Part shown: positions 8,545-15,526 of the stretch, piece by piece | Layout: every line of letters starts with the position of its first letter | Numbering within the stretch: the first letter of the stretch is position 1 | NCBI GenBank assembly: GCA_049599895.1 | Contig: JBMYPC010000042.1 | Span: 1 to 23,548 of the forward strand | Length of the DNA stretch: 23,548 nt | Direction of reading: 5' to 3' | DNA from: Bacteriovoracaceae bacterium | Lineage (GTDB): Bacteria > Bdellovibrionota > Bacteriovoracia > Bacteriovoracales > Bacteriovoracaceae | Position numbers and translations under genes: made by a program | The notes under the pieces: model-generated | Databases searched by the model: none | Told to the model about the DNA's origin: nothing | What the model saw: only the letters and a program-made list of their open reading frames with translations

Positions 8545-9469
8545 AGAAATCATTGAAAATTTGAAATCAAAAACTTCTGAAACAGTTGAATCTGTGAAAT
8601 CAAAGTTTTCAAAGTCGTCTATTGAAGACGAAGAAGAAGAGTTTGAAGATGATTTTGATGAAAAAACTGGCGAGTTTGATGTTAACTCAACGATCAGTGA
8701 ATACAAAGTTGACCAAGAAGAACTTGAAGATGAGCTTGAAGATGAGCTTGAAGAAGAAGAGTTCGAGGAAGAACTCTCATCTGAAGAAAAAAGAAAGAAA
8801 ATCATTCGCTACACAATTATTGGTGGCGCAATCCTTTATATTGCAGCTGAGTTTATGTTCCCAAAAGATGAGCCAAAACCAAAAGTCGTGGCCAAGAAAA
8901 AAAGAGCTGTAAAGAAACCAAAAAAGACCAAAGCTTCGCCAAAGCCTGTTGTCCAAGAAGGGCATAAAGAAAAGCTCAAAGAAATCGAACCAATTCCTAC
9001 TGTCACACAAACGAGTGAAGTGAAAGGGCCATCTCTTGATACTAATCAAAATGAAGAGATTACAATTGAACCATCTGAGAAAAAGCCAGAAATGGAACAA
9101 GATTTAACCTTCAATGAAGATAAGCTTGGACAAAACATTGAGTCCCAGAAATTCCAAGACAACATGGAAAAGATCATTCAAAAGGTTGATGAGACGGCAA
9201 CTGAACAAGAAGAAGCCCCTGAGTTTATTTCTGCCCCAGATTATACAAAGTTTGGCAGAGGCCTTGTCTACAACTGTAAAGACAAACACTGGGCCTGTAT
9301 CGATAGACCAAGATGGAGAGAGTGTGAACTCAATCTTAAATACAATCAATTCTATGGAAAAGACCTAGAATGTTTTCCAAAGTCTGTCTACAAAAGCAAT
9401 AGAGACTGTCGTCTTGTTCAGGTCTATAACGTTAACATGGGTGTTTCAGCAGATTTCTGCAAAGAATAA
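8534..9469 (+). CDS. Single-pass membrane protein: acidic N-terminus, TM helix, Lys/Pro-rich linker, C-terminal six-Cys domain
   Basis: GTG start overlaps the upstream stop. Poly-E/D tract, then KRKKIIRYTIIGGAILYIAAEFMF (positive-inside TM). C-terminal GRGLVYNC..HWAC..C..C..C..FC. Confidence 0.75.
   Translation: MDFKEIIENLKSKTSETVESVKSKFSKSSIEDEEEEFEDDFDEKTGEFDVNSTISEYKVDQEELEDELEDELEEEEFEEELSSEEKRKKIIRYTIIGGAILYIAAEFMFPKDEPKPKVVAKKKRAVKKPKKTKASPKPVVQEGHKEKLKEIEPIPTVTQTSEVKGPSLDTNQNEEITIEPSEKKPEMEQDLTFNEDKLGQNIESQKFQDNMEKIIQKVDETATEQEEAPEFISAPDYTKFGRGLVYNCKDKHWACIDRPRWRECELNLKYNQFYGKDLECFPKSVYKSNRDCRLVQVYNVNMGVSADFCKE
8723..8758 (+). repeat. 12-bp in-frame tandem repeat (CTTGAAGATGAG x2 plus CTTGAAGAAGAA) encoding LEDE-LEDE-LEEE
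   Basis: Read directly from the sequence. Confidence 0.8.
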
Positions 9470-9471
9470 AA

Positions 9472-10197
9472 TTACGCCGCTTTCTTAAACTTCTGCTGCA
9501 TAATTGAAATGTAAAATTCGTCTTCTTTTTGAGCTTCTTCTTTTTTCATTGCTTCAATAAAGAGATTAACCACATTGGGATCAAACTGTGAGCCTGCAAA
9601 TTCTTCAAGTTCTTCAAAAGCAATGTTATAAGTAAGACCCTCTCGATAAGGTCTTGAAGAGGTCATCGCATCAAAAGTATCAGCAATGAGGATAATCCTA
9701 GAAAAAAGAGGAATTTCTTCGCCTTTTAGTCCATCTGGGTAACCTCGACCATCATATCTCTCATGATGATGTCTGGCGTATTTTGCAATATTTTTGAATC
9801 CATCAAATTGAGAGAGAATTTCTCCGCTAATGACGGGATGCTTTTTCATTTCAGCAAATTCGAGTTCATCGAGTCGACTTGGTTTGAGAAGAACTTTATC
9901 AGGTGTTCCAATTTTTCCAATGTCATGAAAAAGAGCAGAAAGTTCAAGGTCATAAAGCTCTTCTTCATTAAGACCCATTTCTTTACCCACGCAAAGACTA
10001 TAATGAGCAACTCTCATACTATGTCCATAGGTATAATCGTCTTTACAACCTAGGGCGTAGAGAATAGTCCTTGCTGCTTGTTCGCAAATGACCTTTTTGT
10101 CTTTTTTAAGTTGGTCAATTTCACCGGCCATATTATTGAGGACTACAGAGCCTACAAGATTTGGTAATGAAATGACGTTATCTTTCTTTTTTGACAT
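9472..10197 (-). CDS. Stand-alone HD-GYP cyclic di-nucleotide phosphodiesterase
   Basis: KDDYTYGHSMRV, HDIGK, HHERYDGRGYPDGL, RIILIADTFDAMTSSRPYR are all intact. Confidence 0.93.
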   Translation of the reverse strand: MSKKKDNVISLPNLVGSVVLNNMAGEIDQLKKDKKVICEQAARTILYALGCKDDYTYGHSMRVAHYSLCVGKEMGLNEEELYDLELSALFHDIGKIGTPDKVLLKPSRLDELEFAEMKKHPVISGEILSQFDGFKNIAKYARHHHERYDGRGYPDGLKGEEIPLFSRIILIADTFDAMTSSRPYREGLTYNIAFEELEEFAGSQFDPNVVNLFIEAMKKEEAQKEDEFYISIMQQKFKKAA

Positions 10198-10223
10198 TCT
10201 TTTTCCTAAAGTAAATCACCTTC

Positions 10224-10250
10224 TTATCGTTACTTTTCAAAACTTCTTTA
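10224..10250 (-). promoter_or_regulatory. Putative sigma28 (FliA) promoter of the HD-GYP gene
   Basis: Minus strand reads TAAA-N15-AACGATAA versus consensus TAAA-N15-GCCGATAA. It ends 26 nt upstream of the ATG. Confidence 0.55.
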
Positions 10251-10323
10251 AGCTTTTTGTGATTAGACTTTCGAAAAATCAATGGTTTAAGGTATTTTTA
10301 TTTCGATTTTCTCCTAGCTGATC

Positions 10324-10329
10324 TATAAT
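10324..10329 (+). promoter_or_regulatory. Possible sigma70 -10 element for the 10358-12587 operon
   Basis: Perfect TATAAT 28 nt upstream of the ATG. Only a weak -35 (TTTCGA at 17-bp spacing). Confidence 0.35.
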
Positions 10330-10357
10330 TTCTAAGTAATTTACTGAAAGGCAGCCA

Positions 10358-11491
10358 ATGACTGAATTTATATTCCTAGGAAAAGACTCGAGTTTTAAGG
10401 GTTTGGTAAGCTTTGCTTCTGAGGCTGTTGGAGTCAAACAAGCAGAGAGCTCTTTGGAAGAAGCGCTAAAAAACTTTCAGGATCTAAGCCCTGAAAGTCT
10501 CTACTTTTTATCTCTTCATGAAAATACATGGGATGAGATTGAAGCTCAGAGTGGAAAGCTTAAGACACTTCCAACAATTCTTTGTCTTGATTCTAAAGAT
10601 CATCTCGATAATCTCTCTTCAAAGAATTTAAGTTGGCTTAAAGGTATTATTTTTTTAGACCTTCCTTTGGCCACATCTCTTCCCCTCATTGATTCAGTAT
10701 TAAAGTTTTCCTTGCTACAAGCAAAGACAGAAGCTTTGGTGAAAGTTGGGAAGAACTTAGGTAAGGTTGCAACAAGTGCGATCAAACAAACTGAGAAACT
10801 GAAAGGGCTTCATGGAGGATTGGTTGGAATTCGAAAGCAAACTCATAAAGGAGTGAACTTTTATAGTAAGTTCGCTGCCGGTACTGAGCCTGGTGGAGAT
10901 TTCTTTGATTACACACTTGAAGATAATGGGATTGGAATACTTCTTTGCTCTTCAAAAAGTTACTTAGTCACAAGTTATCTTCTAAGCTTTTTACCACTCT
11001 TTAAAAGTTTAAACCTTGAATTTGAAGAAAAATCAAAAAACTTTCTTACGAAGGTGACTGAAGAGTTAAGAGGTCAAAAGGTTCCTTTTGAGGATACGAA
11101 ACTTGCTCTTTTAAATCTCAACACAAGCAATCTTACGATTGAGGGTCATCTTTTTGGGGATCATCAGATTTATCAAAATGATGAACCTGTCACACTTGGA
11201 AATACTTATCCTCTTGATGTGAACTTTCTTGAGCAGGCTGAGGTGAAGATTTCTCTAAAGCCCAATGATATTGTGAAAGTTCTCTCAAGTGGAGTTGATC
11301 AGAATTATCGTGCAAAATCACAAGAGATTGGAAAATTTATGAAAGAGGGATGGGATGGAGAAAAGCCCATCGAGGAAAACTTAAACGAGCTTTTTTATAT
11401 TGGTAAAAAAGGTGACCAAGATAAATTTATGAAATATGATGCAACAGCGGTCATTCTAGAGGTTTCAAAAAATGTTATATACAGTGTCTAA
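10358..11491 (+). CDS. Degenerate PP2C/SpoIIE-like (RsbU-type) phosphatase-domain protein
   Basis: Retains AGTEPGGDFFD, LKPND and terminal DATAVIL. The GDVSGHG and TDG motifs appear replaced by LCSSKSY and SSG. Confidence 0.6.
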   Translation: MTEFIFLGKDSSFKGLVSFASEAVGVKQAESSLEEALKNFQDLSPESLYFLSLHENTWDEIEAQSGKLKTLPTILCLDSKDHLDNLSSKNLSWLKGIIFLDLPLATSLPLIDSVLKFSLLQAKTEALVKVGKNLGKVATSAIKQTEKLKGLHGGLVGIRKQTHKGVNFYSKFAAGTEPGGDFFDYTLEDNGIGILLCSSKSYLVTSYLLSFLPLFKSLNLEFEEKSKNFLTKVTEELRGQKVPFEDTKLALLNLNTSNLTIEGHLFGDHQIYQNDEPVTLGNTYPLDVNFLEQAEVKISLKPNDIVKVLSSGVDQNYRAKSQEIGKFMKEGWDGEKPIEENLNELFYIGKKGDQDKFMKYDATAVILEVSKNVIYSV

Positions 11492-12086
11492 AAGAATTAT
11501 TCTTCTCATAACTCTAACTTTATCTGTTCAGGCAAATAGTTTTGAAATGAGAGAATGTCTTCAAAGTAGTTTCAATACCGAGGTTAAACACAATGGTTGG
11601 CCATTCGGTCTTCAGGAAGTCGCTATTCGCATTGATAAAAAGCAATGTCTTATTAAGATCTTTCATCGACAATTTAAATACTTCAAAAAAGCCTGGACTG
11701 TTGATGTCTGTCGTTCTCCTATTCATGTTAAAAAAGGAGGAGATAGCGTTGAAGTCATTAAAAAATCAAAAAGTTGTGGCCAAGGAAAGAAGGATGTCTT
11801 TTGTTCTGAATACGCTCATATTGCTAAGAGAATTCAAGATGATGGGCTTATCTTTGCTTCAGGTCAAAAAGAAGACATTGGAACTGACCATGGTAAGTTC
11901 AATTGTGTTTTTACGATGATCAATGAATATTTTGGAAAAGGTGTGGTTTTTAGTCTTGTGGAACCTACAAATGATATTCAGTTAAGTTATAAAGGCTCAA
12001 AAGAAGCTCCGTCTCAGGAACCGATGCCCAATAATCAAGAGGCCCAAGGGCAAGTTCCTTCAGAGGGACAACCTGCAGATTTTTAA
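11472..12086 (+). CDS. Exported hypothetical protein with six Cys
   Basis: Signal peptide KRIILLITLTLSVQA (alternative GTG start at 11484). Overlaps the upstream stop and abuts the downstream ATG. Confidence 0.75.
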   Translation: MLYTVSKRIILLITLTLSVQANSFEMRECLQSSFNTEVKHNGWPFGLQEVAIRIDKKQCLIKIFHRQFKYFKKAWTVDVCRSPIHVKKGGDSVEVIKKSKSCGQGKKDVFCSEYAHIAKRIQDDGLIFASGQKEDIGTDHGKFNCVFTMINEYFGKGVVFSLVEPTNDIQLSYKGSKEAPSQEPMPNNQEAQGQVPSEGQPADF

Positions 12087-12587
12087 ATGAATGAAGTCGA
12101 AAAAATAATTCAGCAATTTGAATTAACTCCTCATCCCGAAGGAGGGTTTTTCAAAGAAACCTATCGTTCAAATGAATCTTATGAAAACTTAGGGCACCCT
12201 TACGAGGGAAGTCGTTTCTACTCAACGGCAATCTATTTTCTTTTACCCCAAGGTCACAAATCAGCTCTCCATCGAATCTCTTCAGATGAAATTTGGCACT
12301 TTCATCTTGGAGGACCAATGGAGCTTGTTCAAATCTCTCCCTCTGGAGAACTTGAAAGAATTATCATAGGCCCTGATTTTGAAAGGGGACAAAAACTACA
12401 ACACGTCGTTCCCGCTGGTTTTTGGTTCGGAGGATCTCCTCTTGAAGGTTCCGAGTTTAGTTTTGTCGGTTGCACAGTTTCACCTGGTTTTGATTTTCAA
12501 GATTTTGAATTAGGTGGTCGAGAGAAGTTACTCTCAAGCTTTCCAGAGCATTCAGAGCTCATTCATTTTTACACATCGATCATATAA
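12087..12587 (+). CDS. Cupin_5 / DUF985 family protein
   Basis: LTPHPEGGFFKETYRS, STAIYFLL, HRISSDEIWHFH, VPAGFW, CTVSPGFDFQDFEL. Confidence 0.92.
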   Translation: MNEVEKIIQQFELTPHPEGGFFKETYRSNESYENLGHPYEGSRFYSTAIYFLLPQGHKSALHRISSDEIWHFHLGGPMELVQISPSGELERIIIGPDFERGQKLQHVVPAGFWFGGSPLEGSEFSFVGCTVSPGFDFQDFELGGREKLLSSFPEHSELIHFYTSII

Positions 12588-12588
12588 T

Positions 12589-12912
12589 TTAGTTCTTAAC
12601 ACAAGAGTTTTTTACACTTGCAAAAGTTGCTTTGACTCGTTGATTGGCCGATATGTCAAGCTCTTGAACTGCACCACGAAAAACTTGAAAACACGGGTTT
12701 GTTCTATCGATACAAGTTTTGGTTGCTTTTTCCAATGCCTCTCTATAGCTGTTACCCGAGCGAACTGACTGACTTGGGCACCAAGTTGCAGTGTAGTTAT
12801 CTATGCTAGCACAGGTAATACTACAGGTGTATCTCTCCTCATCGTATATCGAATCTTTGGCAGAGGATGTATTGAAGTTTAAAATGACAATACATAATAG
12901 TAAAATCCTCAT
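12589..12912 (-). CDS. Small secreted Cys-rich hypothetical protein
   Basis: ATG at 12912 gives signal peptide MRILLLCIVILNFNTSSA. Six Cys in the mature part. Confidence 0.7.
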   Translation of the reverse strand: MRILLLCIVILNFNTSSAKDSIYDEERYTCSITCASIDNYTATWCPSQSVRSGNSYREALEKATKTCIDRTNPCFQVFRGAVQELDISANQRVKATFASVKNSCVKN

Positions 12913-12957
12913 TATTTCTTCTTTTAGTGAATTCAATGCTTGCTTGAATTGCGTTAA

Positions 12958-13593
12958 TTAGTTGCAATCTTCGTTTTCAACAATTCGAGAAATTTTCTTA
13001 CTCAGTGATTCTAAGCCTACTAGATTTGATTCTTTAATTGAAAGTCCTCTTAAAGTTCTTGGCCCTCCATTTCCAACTTCTGCCGTTCCTTTTTCAATCA
13101 AAGGATTGAAACCATCGAGCAGATTGAGTGAGAGAATAGTTCCTTTATTGAGTTCTGATTCAAATCCGATCGTTGCAAACCTTTCAGTCTTTGATTTAAA
13201 AAGGATTGAGTATCCTTTAACGGTGTGTAGAAACCTTCCCCCGTTGAGACCATTCGATAGTCTTTGAAGTTTTCGAATTTCAATTTTAACGTCATCAGAG
13301 GCTTCAACGTTAAAGTGAGCATGTCGAATTCGATCAATTGTATTATTTAAATTAAATACAAGTTTTTCAAATTCACCACTAGAAAACATTCGTAAATTGC
13401 AAACTTTTCCGTTGAATTCTTTATGGGCCTTCTCGAAACTCATATCGTTTGTTGGAATACCATCTAACCCACAGTTGATTTCAAAACGAATATCTCCTTT
13501 TTGGCATGAGATATTGCCACTTGCGGTATTTATTGTTGGAGGAGCTGCTTTTGCTATGCCTGAGAGTAATAAAGAAAGGATCAGAGTTTTCAT
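12958..13593 (-). CDS. Secreted hypothetical protein
   Basis: Signal peptide MKTLILSLLLSGIAKA, SD AAGGA upstream, four Cys. Confidence 0.75.
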   Translation of the reverse strand: MKTLILSLLLSGIAKAAPPTINTASGNISCQKGDIRFEINCGLDGIPTNDMSFEKAHKEFNGKVCNLRMFSSGEFEKLVFNLNNTIDRIRHAHFNVEASDDVKIEIRKLQRLSNGLNGGRFLHTVKGYSILFKSKTERFATIGFESELNKGTILSLNLLDGFNPLIEKGTAEVGNGGPRTLRGLSIKESNLVGLESLSKKISRIVENEDCN

Positions 13594-13641
13594 AATGTTT
13601 TCCTTTTAAAAGTTTTTAAATCACAAACACCATTAGGTTCG

Positions 13642-13668
13642 TGATCGGCAAGTTACTCCATTATTTTA
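13642..13668 (-). promoter_or_regulatory. Putative sigma28 (FliA) promoter for the two secreted-protein genes
   Basis: Minus strand reads TAAA-N15-GCCGATCA: 7/8 match at -10, exact -35 and exact spacing. Confidence 0.6.
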
Positions 13669-13700
13669 CATTTGTTAAAAAATAATTTAGCATTTGTAAA
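13665..13700. promoter_or_regulatory. Two tandem 14-bp palindromic operators (TTwACAnnTGTwAA), probable TetR sites
   Basis: TTTACATTTGTTAA (13665-13678) and TTAGCATTTGTAAA (13687-13700), 22 bp apart, in the divergent intergenic region next to the TetR gene. Confidence 0.55.
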
Positions 13701-13718
13701 ATATACAGAGGGGGGAGA

Positions 13719-14366
13719 ATTAAAGAAAGTTTTAAAGAGCTATTTCCTAAGAAGATTTCAAAAGCAGAGAAAAGGAAAATCGAGATCATCGAAGCTGCCA
13801 TTAAATCCTATGCATGCTATGGCTACAAAGGAACGACTTATGAAGTATTAGCAGGCGCATGTGGTGTTACGAGACCACTTATTCAGTATCATTTTAAAAA
13901 TCAAGAGAACCTCTTTAATCTTACCTATGAGTACATCAGGATAAATCTTCAGAACTTTGTCTTGGCCAAAGTTGAAAATGAGAAAGACTCTTTAGGATTT
14001 ATGGTCAAATACATCAAAGCCTGTTGGGAATGGTCCGAAAAATATCCTGATCATATCTATACTTCTTTCATCTTTTGGAGGCTTACTAAAACAGATCGAA
14101 AAAAGAGAACTCTTAATGGTCAGTTTGTCTCGATTGGTTCAAATCGCCTTGAAGGAATCATCGATGAGGGGAAAAAGCGAAAGCTCTTTAAGTGTGGGTC
14201 TTCCAAACGTGTAGCAAGACTCATTCAGGTTATTATAACTGGCTCTTTAGTGTCCCTTTCTTCAGAACCAAAAAAGCAAAATACTCAACTAAAAGATTTT
14301 TGTCTCTTATCCACTCTTGAGTTATTAGGGGTTTCTACTGAAAAAATCTCAAAAATTGTCCGATAA
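13719..14366 (+). CDS. TetR/AcrR family transcriptional regulator (start uncertain, proposed ATT at 13719)
   Basis: The frame of the 13962 ORF is open back to a TAA at 13683 and encodes a full TetR HTH: KAEKRKIEIIEAAIKSYACYGYKGTTYEVLAGACGVTRPLIQYHFKNQENLF. There is no ATG, GTG or TTG before the HTH. Confidence 0.8.
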   Translation: MKESFKELFPKKISKAEKRKIEIIEAAIKSYACYGYKGTTYEVLAGACGVTRPLIQYHFKNQENLFNLTYEYIRINLQNFVLAKVENEKDSLGFMVKYIKACWEWSEKYPDHIYTSFIFWRLTKTDRKKRTLNGQFVSIGSNRLEGIIDEGKKRKLFKCGSSKRVARLIQVIITGSLVSLSSEPKKQNTQLKDFCLLSTLELLGVSTEKISKIVR

Positions 14367-14372
14367 GTATGC

Positions 14373-15506
14373 ATGAATAAACTTAAATGGTTTATAGGAT
14401 TAGGCTCTATTCTTGTGGTTATAATTTTTTCAAAGGCTCCAGAGCTTGGTCGTTGTCCTGCAAGTTTGTCATGCTTATTACATCTCAACGAAAATTTAAG
14501 ACTTAAATCTGATTCGATTATAGAAGATGGGGCAGAGCTTCCTCTCGTTTTTGATAGTAAATCAAATCGAACTCTTATCTTAAAAGTATATCGTGAGGAT
14601 AGAGGTGAGTACATTTCAGAGACTATTCAGGCTTTTTATCGTAAAGGAAATCTTGCCTCTGAGCAGAGTAAGAAAAACTATTCTGCTTACAGGGCAATGA
14701 TTGAAGAGTATATGGACTTCGCTCTTGAGAATTACAAAAGACGAAACTGGAGTGAGAGTTTTTTTGAAAAATTGAAAGCTTATGCTTATGAATATGCAGA
14801 CAAAACAACTTGGGTTGGTCTAAGAGAAAAACAATCTTCAAAATTACAGGCATCCCTTGCCATAAAGTATGCACCGTATGCAGTCGATACTGATTTTTCT
14901 AAAAGTGTACCTCAAAGGGTTTCAAATGTAGGGCAGGTTGCAAAAGAATTTTTAGGTGCAAAAGATAATTCAGATAAAGAAATCTTACTTCAACTTGAAG
15001 ACCTTTTTAACATAAGGCTACCTCGAGAAGCATTTACGGTTTCCCCTGACTTTTATGGGGAGCTTGGATTTGCAGGGCTTTCAGGAGTTCGGCTATCTGG
15101 GGAAGGTATCATTTATGAGATTACAAATTTTGCGATTGAAAGAAGTGTTAAAGATAAAGAATATTTCGAACTGTTATTAATTTTGTTCTCAAGGCTAAAG
15201 ACTTCTCTAGAGAAAAGTCCTTTTCAAAGTCAAGTGAATCAAAATGGAAGAAGAATCTATACCTATGGTGATAAATTGTCCTTTAGGGCATACTCAAAAT
15301 GGTTTGGGTTTCAGAAAGTTTACAATGAGCCATTTTTTATCGAAGATACCACAGATCCAACTTTGTCGGCCAAGGAGTGGTTTATACTAGAGGCAAATGT
15401 TGATACTGCATTAACTAATATCTTAGACTTAATTAAGTTATCAAAGGACTTAAGTGAGTCCGAGAAAAAAATAATGCGAATGGAGTTTGAAACTTTAATT
15501 AAGTAA
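14373..15506 (+). CDS. Membrane-anchored/exported hypothetical protein, possible GNAT-like C-terminal fold
   Basis: N-terminal hydrophobic segment. YEITNFAIE and IYTYGDKLSFRAYSKWFGF weakly resemble acyltransferase motifs. Starts 6 nt after the TetR stop. Confidence 0.6.
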   Translation: MNKLKWFIGLGSILVVIIFSKAPELGRCPASLSCLLHLNENLRLKSDSIIEDGAELPLVFDSKSNRTLILKVYREDRGEYISETIQAFYRKGNLASEQSKKNYSAYRAMIEEYMDFALENYKRRNWSESFFEKLKAYAYEYADKTTWVGLREKQSSKLQASLAIKYAPYAVDTDFSKSVPQRVSNVGQVAKEFLGAKDNSDKEILLQLEDLFNIRLPREAFTVSPDFYGELGFAGLSGVRLSGEGIIYEITNFAIERSVKDKEYFELLLILFSRLKTSLEKSPFQSQVNQNGRRIYTYGDKLSFRAYSKWFGFQKVYNEPFFIEDTTDPTLSAKEWFILEANVDTALTNILDLIKLSKDLSESEKKIMRMEFETLIK

Positions 15507-15526
15507 TCAAATAATCATAATTCTTG

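Noticed and set aside
8515..8805. Poly-Ser ORF on the minus strand
   Set aside because: It is the antisense shadow of the Glu/Asp-rich GAA/GAT tract of the real plus-strand gene.
13962..14366. 134-aa ORF as called in the track
   Set aside because: It is only the C-terminal ligand-binding part of the TetR protein. The HTH lies in-frame upstream.
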